DNA of 44,700 nt, filler included, from Sphacelaria rigidula (taxonomy: Eukaryota), in assembly GCA_964200075.2 (NCBI GenBank). It is 2 parts of 2 records of this genome, joined end to end, with 100 filler letters (N's around TTAATTAATTAA, not from the genome) between each part and the next. Parts side by side here need not be neighbours in the genome. Positions count along the whole stretch, not along the records: positions 1 to 22,315 come from CAXNAA020000341.1; positions 22,416 to 44,700 come from CAXNAA020000342.1. The stretch is one strand, 5' to 3'. Made by a program: the position numbers and the translations under genes. The notes under the pieces were generated by a model that worked only from the letters and a program-made list of their open reading frames with translations, had not been told where the DNA came from and ran no database searches. This document shows, piece after piece, positions 11,421-23,917 of the stretch. Position 1 is the stretch's first letter. Each line of letters begins with the position of its first letter.

Positions 11421-11765
11421 GAGAGTACTGGGTACCCAAGAATATGTTAGTACTCGATACCGCAGTGCGCCCGGAGTACTGACTGCCTAAAATACTGGGT
11501 ATCTCGGCTACCTAGAGTGTCGAGTGCTGAAAATACTGGGTATTCCTGAATACCTGGAGTATTCATTGCCGGAGCACTACGTATTCTACAGAACATGGAG
11601 CACTGGCTGCCGGATCCTGGAGTACCCGGAGCATTGCTTGCCGGAAATTCTGGGTATTCTAGCGTACCTGAAGTATCGACTACCGAGTATGCTGAGCATT
11701 CAATACCTGTAGTATTGCTTGCTCAAAAAAACGAGTATTCCTGAGTACCTGGAGTATCGACGCCT
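11420..11765. repeat. Degenerate GAGTAC/TACTGGGTA minisatellite-like repeat (right part)
   Basis: Repeated AAATACTGGGTATTCC..TACCTGGAGTA..CTGCC units. Confidence 0.75.
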
Positions 11766-11989
11766 CAAATTACTCGTTCTGGACGTCTACCCTATTCCTC
11801 AGAATCTTTGGAAGACCTCGCGTGGCTCCCTATTGATCCCTGTCTCGGTGATCGAAGGCACTAAACGTGGGGACCCTGGCTTTCACATGAGCCATTGTAG
11901 GTATGATCGTGGCACGTACTATAATAAGCTCAGAGCGATACTCAAAGTTGGCTGCTTCAAGGGGTCAATCGGCACGGCATGTCGCGGAA

Positions 11990-12846
11990 AAAATATTACG
12001 GGAAGTCACACGGGACGGGACTGGAAGTAAACTCCGCCCAGTCCCACCGTGTTTTTATCAACGGGAACGCGTTTTCGATTCATTCTGCCGCTTTCTGGGT
12101 GACGAGCAAGCTGTCCCGTCCGGTCCCGTTTTTCTCGACGGCAAAACATTCCCGTCCCGTCCTCACGAGAAAATTTACAGTATTCTTCACGAGACTTCTG
12201 ATCAGATTGGACTTGACTTCGCGTCAATGGAACGGGTATTCCCGTACAACCTGATTGGAACTTGATGTTTTCTCATATATGGGATGTGGGAACATAGTTG
12301 TGATTTTCGGGTTCAAGCTCCTGCTACAGCTCATCACTAGGGTTGGCGGGGGACTTCGGGGCAGGGCGGGACGAGACGGGAAGGGGCCATTTTCTCGACG
12401 CTTTTTCTAGTCGAATTGGCTGCTGTTGTCTAACGCTATACCGCAAAAGCGGCCATTGTTTCCTCGTAAACGTGTCCAAGCACCGCCGCACTGGAATACC
12501 ATCTCATCTCGCTTGTTTCGGGGGCTCACACCCATATTTTCGTGAGGACGGGACGGGACGGAAAAATCTCACGGGAACGAATCCGTGAGGAAACGAAGGG
12601 ACGAGAATGAAGCGACGGGATGGGAATTCAGGAACGGGACAGAAATTAAGCGATCTGCGGGAATCCAGCGATGGGATGGGAATTCCCGTTCCGTCCGATT
12701 TTTTTTTATTACGGAATCCGTTCCTGCCTCGTCTCACCTCGTCGCTTTTTCGCAGATGGGGAAACGATGCCATCCCGTCCCGTGTCCTTCGAGGGGGGGG
12801 GGGGACATCTCGTCTCGTCCCGTACCAAATCCCGTGGCAAGCCCCA
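11990..12846. mobile_element. Non-autonomous DNA-transposon-like sequence rich in GGGAC(G)/CGTCCC motifs in both orientations
   Basis: Many ACGGGACGGGA / TCCCGTCCCGT motifs. Possible termini TAGGGTTGGCGGGGA (12338) and TCCCGTGGCAAGCCCC (~12831-12845) are imperfectly inverted. No TSD was seen. Confidence 0.5.
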
Positions 12847-15771
12847 TCATAATCAAGCCGAAAACGCAGCAAAACGGCCAACTTTGAGGCCCTGACACCC
12901 ACAAGTGATAGAACAATGATATAAAGGCAATTCTTGCTGGATTTTCGGTATTTTTTAATTTCGCTTAATTTCAAAATGACGTCGGAACCTCCGCTAATAT
13001 TGCCGTAGTTCCAGATAAACGCCGAAATATCGAGCATATGTACGCACTTCACTTTGCCACTGGTTCGGAACGCCTCGGGGTGTGCCGTGATTATCTTTCG
13101 GTCACAGCGCAGACGAAGTTAGATACCAAAGTATCGTGTGAAGTGATTTGCAGAGTGTTTTCGTCTCACAAACTTTCCGTACTTCCACCGCCGCGAAAAA
13201 TGGCCGTGAACGAGTTGGACCCTACTACTGCGGACTGTAGGTTGAGTAGAATCTAGATATCACCGGGTGCACAGCAGCTTCGGCGCTCTATGTGAGGTGG
13301 TGAGGCTGATACTACCGCTTCTTGATTCCCGCCTCAGCTTCTACGAGCATGCCTGTTCGTGTGGATGATCCAACACACGCTGCCGCACGCCTACACAGCG
13401 TGCGTGTCCAGTGTTGCGACGGACGCTTTTGTCAGTAAACTACGATACACCTTCGCATTTCGTAGATGATGAACATCGCGGGATTTCGGGCTGTAGGCTG
13501 CACACTATTGTAGACCCCGTTTCATCAGGGCAAACTACAGCACGCAGCGAGTATCACCGATTGCGAGAGCGATTGAAATGTCCACCATATGTGAGGGTCG
13601 AAGCGTAGCCAACACTTTGAAGCAAAACGATGTAGGGTTGGACGAGGGAAGTCTGAGGTTGCCCTTGCTCTGGTTTTTACCACCCCCCAACCCCCCATGC
13701 GCTGGCCAACTCAGTGGTGTTGCGAGAGATACCTGCTCGCGTGCTAAACCGCTCCCTACCCCACTAAGGCAGCGCACGCAAGCCGTGTGATCAGCGTTAT
13801 TTTGCGATAGGGTTTGGAACTGGGTTCATACAGAAGTCGTCACCCCAAAACCATGGTTGAAGTCCGATAACGTGTCGAAAAACTGGCGTAACACCCCGGT
13901 TGACATAATCTTGGTTAGAACTGTATCTAGGCAGCTAAGTTTTGGATATCGCTGTGCTGACACCAAATGCAAAAAAAAAAAAAGCCCGACAGAATCTGCT
14001 TGAACAACAGAACGTCCGCGTAGTGTATGACCGTGGGAAATGCATTCCACTCTGCCCACATTTTTGGCGACGCACGCCTGCTACTATGTCTGCCTATCAC
14101 TCTCTCAGCGTGTAGAATGACGATCGCTTCGATGCTCGGTATCAGCGATACAGACGTCCCAAGCCCTGAGTCGTTCCGGTTCTGTTCGGTGCTCGTCATC
14201 TCTCACGTGTATTATGATTCATGTGTGATTCAATTTAATTCAATGATGTGATTGGAATTCCTTTCGCTCCAAGAAAGCACATATTCCCTTGATTCGGAAT
14301 ATTCCGCTTCAAGCGACGGAGCCCGTCTCTAAACGCCACGCATTGCACTGCCATCCGATGCGTGCACAGTACAGAAGGGTACAACAGAGCATAACACAGC
14401 GGAGCAGCGCATCTTTCAAGTGATACACTGTAACAGCACTGTACAGGATAGTAAGACGGGGAAGGACAGGGCAGTGGTGAGTCCTCCGGAAGCCATGTGC
14501 TGAATCATACAAATACAACAGTTGTGTTTCTTTTCGATGAGATGTAGGCTTTTGTGCCGGAGAATTATTTATTCATCATGTTCCACTTGAAGCAGTCATG
14601 TTCCACAGTATCAGTTGCATTGAGGACAGAGGAGAAACCATCCCTGGAACAGAGGTAATCACCGTCAGCACGAACAGCTGGCTCAGCAAGAGTGTTTCGG
14701 CGTTGGAGTAATCATCATGGAGAAAGACGAACGATACTGCACAGATCGCAAGCGGCTGCTACTCAAAACCTGCCCCGGTCGGGAGCATTATGACTAAAAT
14801 GGTTGTGTTCCCAGAGCTTGGAGCGCCACTCTGCACACCAGTAGTGTTGCTGACCATGTCTGGCGTGGGACTAGACTTGCATAACGTTTCACTTTTAGAT
14901 AGAGAGTAAAAATACTACGCAAGACCTCGGCGAAGTGGAAGTTGGTCAATCACCAAAATATTCACGTACAAATCCGAAACGGCCGTACTCCAAGTTGGTG
15001 CGGCGAGGAGAATACCACCACAATCACCCCCGCGGCTGCCAGACTGTCAGCACGCCCATTAAGTAAGCTCTGGTACTATCTGTGAGGGGACGTTGCGCCC
15101 TTAGCAGGTACGCCGGCAACGGTCCATGGTAGAATATACTGTTGGCGCGAGAGGAGCTTAACCTAGAGCTGTCGAGTGAGTTGGAGCGGAAACGTTGAGC
15201 GCCCAACCCTCCGATATATATCAGAGCTTAAAGGGTGCTTATTAGCTTTGTTCCTTTGAGCGTTAATCAATCGTCGGGCGAAGATTTTTTTAACTTCGTT
15301 GACACTCGGCTGGAAGGATCCGTTGCCGTCTGCGTGCACGATTGATATCGTTCCTTCAATAATTGTCATCAGACAAAAACTGTTGAATGAAAAAAAAATG
15401 AGCGCAATGCTGGTGTCCACCGTTTCAAGGGACACTACGCCCTCAGCATCTTACGCCACTCAACTGTGGCTTCAACACCTCTGGTACCAACCTGCATACC
15501 CTGCAGGTTTCGGCATCATCACACACGAGCGCGCCTTGTGTCGGTGCCTAGCCGTCCAAAATACCGCCTCCATATCATGGAAAAGGAATAACATTGTATA
15601 TCGGCAAAATACTTATATTGGAAAATGAGTGGGATCCCAAGGCGTATATCTCTGTTGGTCCTGCTCAATGGGTCATGGGTCGTGGAGGGGACTATTATTA
15701 TTTTTATTATTTCCGCACATTAGTCCGATCCTTGAACCCGTGGTCACAGACGTAGGCTCAAATCATGATCC

Positions 15772-17176
15772 CAGTCTTGCGCGAAAAACAAAACAACAAC
15801 CCAATACCGGAATGTCCGCATAGAAGAACCATTTGACAAGCATTCGGCTGATATCAGCCGTGAAGTAGACACAGTCCACACGAGCGGCGGGCCCGACACA
15901 AGGGAGTACCGGCCCAGCGCGTGGCATCGGTGGCAAGCTTTGCTCCGGGCGGGATCGTCGGTGTAGATTTCTGGCTGAAAAAGCGATGATTCCCCGCGTG
16001 GGGTGGTCTGAATAGTGGTGCTCTTCATTGGTGCATCTCGTACACAATGCAATGCCGATAGGTAGCGACCACGCTCAGGGCACCAGGCCAAAAGGACGCG
16101 TGCCGGCTAGTGCATGGTGTATTCAATCTACGTGAAACAGGATTAGGTCATTTGCTTGAACGAGAAAGTAACACGACACTTTTGTGCATCCATGCCTTGT
16201 ACAGCGAATTGCGCCGCCTTCAAAACTGAAAACTTCACATAAAACACAGTATGAAAATGTGTGGTGCGCTGCACCCCTTTTTCTCACGTGTGACTACTGT
16301 CTGTACTGTCTGTACTGTGCTCTGCGGTGCTATCGTGTACAGTTTCCTGTCGCCTGCGATCCAATACGGCGTGCACTGGGAACACAACACCAGATGCCCT
16401 GTTATTGCCGACATGATTGAAGGCATATCACTTGGCGGGGCGATGTGGCGAAGCCAAATCCACATTGCTGGCAAGTACGGTTGTGCGTTTGTTCCCATGC
16501 CTCCTGTGCTACCGCAGGGGCGCGCCACTATGGTTTCGTGCGAGGATTATGCGGCGTAACTGCAGCTGGTGTATCTTTCGACGGTTGACCGCTGCTATTT
16601 TCGACTTCTGCACTTCATTCTTGATTGTGAAGTTCTCGACCGCCGCTCCAGGCACCAACGTGAAACTCGGTGCACCAGTCGGGCACACCACAGCCATTGT
16701 ATGTATCGAAGCACAGCCCCTTCTCTTCCCCGAGCAAATTAAACAAAGCGAAATCCGATTATGGGCAATACCGTCTGTGTGCCCTCAAAACGGCCATCTC
16801 GCGGCCGAGCTTCTGTGCACCATGAGTGAATGCACATATGGATATGGTAGCGCACCCACTTGCGCATCATGACGACCTGGGAGGCTGCAGTGCTCGAAAA
16901 CAAACATAGATCGGATCTGGCGCCGCCTCTGGATGATGACAATCTGTAGAAAAGCCATTCCGCTATCGACCGTAGAGATGCTCAATAAGGAGGCACGATC
17001 GTGCGCGCGCTGTCGTCGCTACTATGCGCTGAAACTTCGCAAACATCTCATGTAGAGCACAATCAACAAGTTCATGCGTCTAGAGCTGGGATTGGGCGTT
17101 GCAGCAGTGCGCGAGGGAATGAAAAGAGCACAATTTCCGTCCCGAAAAAAATGTTTTTTATTTTCGCGCAAGACTG
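15772..17176 (-). mobile_element. Internally deleted hAT-like DNA transposon (1405 bp) with 16-bp perfect TIRs
   Basis: CAGTCTTGCGCGAAAA (15772-15787) is the exact reverse complement of 17161-17176, and GATCC flanks both ends (15767-15771, 17177-17181). Minus-strand remnants include a BED-finger-like NRTCQQCGFGFATSPRQV (~16430-16483) and, downstream, ISRMLVKWFFYADIP (~15807-15851), which resembles the 'IARFFY..GIP' segment of BED/DUF659 hAT transposases. Confidence 0.7.
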
Positions 17177-17411
17177 GATCCTGCCAAAACAAAATAGTCG
17201 TTCTACCGACTGCATTGCAACAAGCAAAGGGCGGAAGGAGGCAGGTGGGACCCTGTCTCCATTGCTAAGAGATACAGATGTTCTTGAGGAAGGGTAGTAG
17301 AGAGCATGTCCTCTGCCGAATTCATCATGTGTCGCAAATCTTCAACTCTGGGACCCTCGTGCGGCATGTCAAACGGTTCCGTTGGATGCAGAGGAGTGCA
17401 GTTGACGGAGT

Positions 17412-17595
17412 ATAACACCCATGTGGCGAGATTTATCTATCACCTACTTTCGCGAGGAAATATCTTTCACGACCGACAATCCCATTGGTCCTTAACATCC
17501 CCACGGAAGCTCATCGATTACTTGATTTTCAGCGGCGGGACAACATATTTATTACAATAAATCGAGGATGAACTACTCGTCGCAAGGGGTGTTAT
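17412..17595. mobile_element. Possible small MITE with imperfect ~19-bp TIRs
   Basis: Left end ATAACACCCATGTGGCGAG versus reverse complement of the right end ATAACACCCCTTGCGACGAG. Confidence 0.45.
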
Positions 17596-20500
17596 CCCCC
17601 GTTAACGCACATACGTGGGCCGTATTGCGCGGTACTGCCTCGTGCAAGACCGTGTACTGTACTGTAGTACTGTGCCGTGGAGTAGACCGTGCAATTACTA
17701 TGGCTCATTGTGACTCACCGTGACCCTGTCTCCTCAGTCCTGCCGAAAGATTCCGTGCTGTTTTGGATCCGGCCGCTCATCCTGCTGCTAGTTCATATAG
17801 CTCATTGTCCCGGCTCAGAGCTGCTCATAACCTTGTCACAACAATGATTGTGTGAATGTACAGATTTTGAATCGAATGACAACGGGTCTGAGTGGTTAAC
17901 CCAATATTTATCGGGGATGATCTGATCTGGAATTTTGGCCCGAGGGGAGAAACAGTTTCAGGGAAGGGATACACAGCTTGACGGCAGGTACGGAAGTTGT
18001 CGATTTGATTTTACATGAATGCGTATGATGTTGCCGCAATCCATGTATCCGTTCACGCCAGCTCTTTTTGTGGAAAAAGCAGTGAGCAGAATTACAGCCA
18101 TCGAAAGTGGTTGACACGCTGATGTTTCAGGGAGGGGCGAGGGCATTTATATATATTCTGGTATAGCCGTTGTGTGTTGAGGAGGGTGGTGGACCTAACG
18201 TACATGTTGTGTCTGTCACTGCTGTGCCTGCGTTATGAATGCAACATTCGAAGCTGTCTGAGAGTGATCTGTAAAGCATGAAGTACGGCAGAGGTGAACA
18301 CACGTGTGACAGGAGTCGTTTTTTTTACTATACTGCGTAGCTTCCTCTACAACCAAGGAGACTTGTACTTACGACACCGACAGAGACGTACGTGAGCAGA
18401 GAAGGTCGCCTGCAGGTGGGTTATTTGTTAGCGACAACAACTGCTGACATGTGTACGAAAGGAGCTTGCCATGTGCAGCTTGTCTGCTGTGTTCTTCACC
18501 AAGTATCATCACAAAAGTATGAGCAAACTAGGACGAAACTACGAAGCAAACTGACCCGAAGCCCTCTCTCTCTTTCATACCGTTCGATTGTTGGCGCGCC
18601 AAATTTGCAACAAAAAACGGCCTTTCCTCGCTTCTTTGAGTGTAAAACCAGTCACAGCAAGTAGGGCCAACCCGTTGTAAAACTACTGCTTCAAAGATAT
18701 ACAGCGTGCCTGCCATAGTACAAGACGGGTCCAGTGAAGCAGCCACCCACTGCACACACGCACCGCCTACATTATCAGACTAAAACTCCGTACGTAACTC
18801 ACACCATCTCGGCCCGCCAATGCGATCGTGAGAGTATTTTGTGTCGCACGCACGCCCAAGAAGTCCTGCGATGGTTGCTTGCGTGTGGGCCAAGGTGTGC
18901 TTGTGTTTTTTATTCGTGTTTGTGTCTATGTGCTTTTTGTTGGGGTTATCCGAAGAGCTCACGGCTCAGAGCACATCTCAATCTGTTGTCGTAAGAGGCG
19001 GTGAAAGTCTGACGCGATTCCACGTTCTGCCGTGCACATATTTGTTGATGTCGCGCGAGGCGCGCAACATCGCATACAAGCAACGATGAACACTCCATGT
19101 AACAGAAATACCCAAACCTGTCGATAGGTATTTCTGTTGTTCCAGAAAGCGATATATAGCCGCCATGGACACATTGTGAGATAACATAGCCGGAACTTTG
19201 TTTGAGGCCATAGCGGTGGTGTTAAGGGCGAATGGATGCCTCGACGAATCAGCGGCCTTGAAAATGTTCTGTATGCGTGCTATGTTTGCCAGAGGAAGAG
19301 AAAAAAAACAGCAATTTTCCAACATCTGGCACAGTTTGATCGAAACCCTGAAAGCCAGTTTGATCTAGTTTGGTGCTGAAATCATGAAATGGGGAGGGGA
19401 ATTTTTTTTCCAGGTTTTGTGTGAAAACCTTTTTTCTTAGTGACCAGTCCCTAGACTCCCCTCTTTGGCCGTCGCAGAGCCACAGTACCGCGCACCATAT
19501 GGCAGAAACCCATGACAGCTAGCAAGACGTCCTTGCATCGACAACTCAATCCCTGCCCCCAAGATCCTGCACGTGATCTCATTCCAACTTGCGGTGACAC
19601 AGAGGCACGTGGATGGCACAGGGCTGTCGGCGGCCGAGACCCATGAGCACCACCTGCAAAGGACTAGCGTTGTTGTCTGAACGCTGCACGCGTCGGACAG
19701 ATCGTGATCTGTCTAAAACAAGCAGTTGAGGAAGACCGGCGAGTCCGCTGGTCCCAAAACACAACATATGTGACGGCGGAGGCAGACGATCCAAGGCGTA
19801 ACCTTTGCATTACGCAGCGTGCTCAGCGTCCGGCGCTGTAAGGAACAGACAAAAATGTTTTCGTGAGATTGAGAGTAGAGCGCTAATTAAGAGTGGCTAC
19901 GGTTATTCGCTGTAAGTCAGCCAACTCTTCATTCCGTGTGTGCGATCCTTTGCCTCCATCACTGCCGTGTGCTTACAGCTACAAGTCGATACCCTACTAC
20001 AGGGATATCAAGGGGCCTCAGTGGCAAGCTAATACAGAAAGCATACAGGGCCTCGTGGAGGGGCATTTCGGAACTGAAACTATTCATTAACTAATGGACA
20101 GATTTTCACTCTCGATCGTATCTTCTATTCTCCATCTCATGAAAACATTGATATACGTGGAAAAGGGGGACCGAATGATCTGGATCATGATCCGGATCCC
20201 TATAGTGAAAATACGTAATATTCAGATGAATCATGATGTGTCCGACGTGTGAAACGGTGCGACGGATTCTCCGCTCGAAAAGACCGTATCGTGTTACTGT
20301 CTAGCTGTTGCTGCATTAGTTAAACCCACCGATACTCTCACTACATTAGCGTACTTTGTGTAGGATATCCCACTGTACGTGAGTACTCCTACCTCAACAT
20401 TAGTACGCGGCGCGGACACTGTAGTACGGTGTACGGTGGGCCGTTCTGCCCTCGCTCCCTGCCCCCCCTCCCCCACCCCCTCTATATTTTTCCATTTCCC

Positions 20501-20722
20501 CCAAGATACCCCGCACTCGCCGTCACCTCTCCTGGCATCACGCGCCCTTGACTGATGTTTGGATTTGTTGTCTCTCACGAAACCTGATGCGCCGTGAATC
20601 CAGCAGTGATTCCAAGATACCCATTCCTTGCGCACGTAGGTTTACATCTGCCACAAGGCAAGGACTGGCGAGCATCGTCCTACGACAGCGACGACGACGA
20701 CGACGACGACAAGAGTAACAAC

Positions 20723-20865
20723 ATGAGTCGCAGTTCGGGAACGTTCTTTGGGGACCCTGGAATGCGGGGTAACGGACCCCCGAACATCGACGGCATGGTC
20801 ACCCTCAAGATCGACAACATTCCGTACAATTGCTCCGTGGATGAAATCCGATACGCCTTCGAGAG
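20723..20865 (+). CDS. SRSF2: Exon 1 of an SC35/SRSF2-like SR splicing factor (N-terminal part of the RRM); rest of gene not found before the contig break
   Basis: MSRSSGTFFGDPGMRGNGPPNIDGMVTLKIDNIPYNCSVDEIRYAFE(R) resembles SRSF2 '[30 protein letters not shown]'. Donor AG|GTAATG at 20866 (phase 2). A (GAC)n tract lies upstream at ~20690-20710. Confidence 0.85.
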
Positions 20866-22192
20866 GTAATGTACTTACTGTACAAAGCTGTGTGGGTATA
20901 GTGTAGGCGATGGTGAAGAAAGAGAAGCGTCGATTTTTTTGTCTTGTTGGTTGGGGGGGGGTTGCGAAAATTGCAGTTCTGTCTGTGTTCGTTTCCCGCT
21001 TGTTCCTGGAAGAATTGGACGGAGATTGCTATATACAATGATGGTGGGATGTCGACCGGAGCTCATAGTGAAGTGGAGTGGACTTCCCATGATTTGCTTT
21101 TTCTTAGCCCTTGGGCGGCAAATGTGGCAGGCGGGAGGGAGGGACCCTGAACTAGCCACAGTAACAGGAGACTTCGGAGTACTTTTTTTTTTTGCTCTGA
21201 CACGCAGAAGGATGTGCGTTTTGTATGGGACAGAGAGTAGGTTGGAGAGAATCAATTCGTTTTGTTGCTTTTCATATTATGGTGGTCCGTGCTGTGGTCA
21301 ATTGCTTGTTCCAAGGCCGCAGCGGCGAGGATATGCCATGCCGTGAGCGTGAACCAACTGCACCCTGCCACAGCATCGTTGTAGGGAGTGGTTTTGGCTT
21401 TCGGTCGCGGTGTTTGCTAAGCCTTCGATACTTGGATACCCCTCTTTCTGCTCTCATCAAGGGCTCGAGGGTTGTCAGCACAGTGTACTATAAAGCCACA
21501 AGCAATTCTGTGCGTGGTTAACAGAGCTGTACCACCCACCTTCCGGCGCACCTGACTAGATACCTACTTCCACTTCATTTCGCCCTTTTACTTCTCTCTC
21601 TATATATATTTCCTTTTTTTTCTTCTCCTCCTTCTCTTATGATCATTATATTTATGTATTCTGTGCATAGTATCGGTGTCTCATTCCTGTAGAGCTAGCT
21701 CGTAGTGAAAATTCCTCCCTTGAAAATGATTCTCAGGTAGCTTAGTCGTGACCTGCCTGTGCGACATTGTGTGAAACGGTGCTTGTTCCCGATGGATGGA
21801 CACTGGCAGGAATTATCCCGTCTTCATGAGGTATTAATGGTATCTACATCCCCCCCCCCTCCCATCCCCTCCCGTCCCCAATCGTCCATGAGGCTCTTCA
21901 TACCTTCTTTGATGAAAAGAGGTCTATAGAGGTAACCCTTTTCCTTGGCTAGCGGTGAGGAGATGTGTGCACGTTTTTTTTTTCCCATGCCACTTGCATG
22001 CGTTGGGATGCCGAGCCGATAGTATCCGTGAAGGACCTTCCCCCTGACTTTGTGAACAACGCTTGTTAATCGCCCACCCATGTTGAGGTGTATTTTGTTT
22101 CCCGCTTACCCTAGGGCGGGTATAGTTTTTTTCGTCCCTTCGGTGGGAGCCCGGGTTCGAATTCGGAACTGCATGTTCATGAAGTGTGTGTT

Positions 22193-22315
22193 GTCCCATT
22201 TATTCTGGGCACCAGTCTACACGTTTCGGTATATGTGGGTGCATCAGCCGGGGTCACACAGGAGCAAGGTCAACACAGGAGCTTTTTCTGTTTTATTTGT
22301 TTTTAATACCCCACC
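22193..22315 (-). repeat. Interspersed repeat, same family as 44649-44700; possibly the 3' end of a non-LTR retroelement
   Basis: 22193-22244 and 44649-44700 are 48/52 identical. Both are preceded by GT/GTT-rich runs, which would be a CA-type tail on the minus strand. Confidence 0.7.
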
Positions 22316-22415
22316 NNNNNNNNNNNNNNNNNNNNNNNNNNNNNNNNNNNNNNNNNNNNTTAATTAATTAANNNNNNNNNNNNNNNNNNNNNNNNNNNNN
22401 NNNNNNNNNNNNNNN
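22316..22415. other. Artificial assembly spacer N44-TTAATTAATTAA-N44
   Basis: Exactly 100 bp and symmetric; the central 12-mer (22360-22371) gives stops in all six frames. Confidence 0.95.
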
Positions 22416-23619
22416 GAAGGGTATCAGCGTTGCGGCGCGCATGCATACTACAGTATAGTTCAGTACACTGTAATACGCCTCTCCGACTGAGCTGCCGCTG
22501 CATACTCCCTTGCACGTTCTGGGCAATTTTCTCAGCTACCGAGATCGACTGCCTATATACCGCTTCTTCATCCCCGCCCACTACATGCATGTTGACTGCA
22601 CCCTGCAAGTCGTCATCAGAGGGATAAGTAGAACTCATGACAGTAGATCCTTTTGTCTTTCCACAGTCCCCCTGGTTTTGGGGCGTGGTGAAAATTACCA
22701 CATTGTATCATGTACACTCCTTCCCGGCTTTTCCGGTCGACCCTGTGTTAGTGTAAATTACTACGTTTTAGTAGGGAATTGAGACCCAAAAAACCCACCA
22801 GGAAACTCGGGAACGGTATACTGAGTACAAGTCATGTCATATAACCAAGCTCCGACCGCCCTGCGCTTGGAAACCTGCGTGGGCTTATCTGGGCCAGGGA
22901 TAGGGTCCCCACACGATCTTTACAGTGGCATCATACTCGCCGACAACACCAGCACTGGTCGTTCGGATCTGGTCGATAAATTTCGCCTCGCCGTGATTGG
23001 GCAGGTCGCTCGAAGACTTGTTTTTTTTTTGTTTCACTCACACAGAGTCAACCCTGTGTTAGTGGGGGGTCGGTCCCAAAAGGGTTAAGCGGGCACGGAG
23101 GGGATCGTGAGCACGCGATCGTGAGGGAATTTATCCGGTTTGAAGTCGCAGGCGCGGTCCCAGCGCTATACGCGTAGCGGACCGGAGCAGGCCGTGGGTC
23201 GATAGAACCATGGTACCCCTTCGTTTGCCGGCACACGTTGTCGCTGGTGTTTCAGTGCGGTAAATTGTAGTATGCGTATATTTTCGGAAGCAACTGCAAA
23301 AAGCCGGACGAGGGGCGCAAATCCCAAAACCAAAATGTTTCAAGTAAGGATGTCGTGAGCGTTGCGCCGATGCGCCAACACTCAGAGTAATAATGAATTA
23401 AGATCATCTCCTCGAAACCAAAGAGGGTACTTCACTATAATAAGACACCAAACACCCTATGGCCACATGTTCTATGGTCGCAACTCACTTCACGTATACG
23501 GATCAAGCGCGCAAGCGGGGGACCCGTGCTTCGCTCACCCTTTGGCACCACAGCAATAATGGTTTGCATGGGCGTTGTTCGAGAATGGACACTTTTTATC
23601 AGCTTTTCATTACACTCAC

Positions 23620-23917
23620 TTGATACAACTATGTGTTCCGCCTCTTTAGCGTATACCACAGGGAAGACTTCCGCTGCTGTAATGGGTAGCAGCCGTAGGG
23701 AGAAAGCAGCGAAAGACCTCGCTATTGTAGCTGCTGCAATAGATGTGACTGCTGTCTGCCCCGTAGTAGCCTCAACCGTCCCCGCCCTGGTCTCTCCACC
23801 TGCGGCGCCACGTTCTCTTCGTGCTCTCTCTGACTTCACGACCACCGCTCCCGCCGCTAGAGCTGCTGCAGCAGTAGAACCAGATGCGACAACCTTGTAC
23901 GCTTTAGAGGAAATCAT
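23620..23917 (-). CDS. Probable first exon of an unidentified gene with an organelle-targeting-like N-terminus
   Basis: MISSKAYKVVASGSTAAAALAAGAVVVKSERARRERG...EVFPVVYAKEAEHIVVS ends at a canonical donor GTGAGT (23619-23614). A candidate later exon lies near 22500-22605 (GAVNMHVVGGDEEAVYRQSISVAEKIAQ). No family was recognised. Confidence 0.55.

Noticed and set aside
11990..12846. CRISPR-like or iteron-like array of GGGAC motifs
   Set aside because: No constant repeat-spacer period, motifs occur in both orientations, the context is eukaryotic and no cas genes are present.
12889..15700. Protein-like fragments and a possible transposon end at 12889
   Set aside because: No partner TIR, no consistent exon chain and no recognisable motif.
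19300..20204. Single hAT-like termini (..GACCAGTCCCTA at ~19453; ..GATCCGGATCCCTA at ~20202)
   Set aside because: No matching opposite ends in the window.
22500..23015. Vague resemblance of minus-strand peptides to mitochondrial LACTB
   Set aside because: Segment order and splice phase do not fit, and no catalytic motif is visible.
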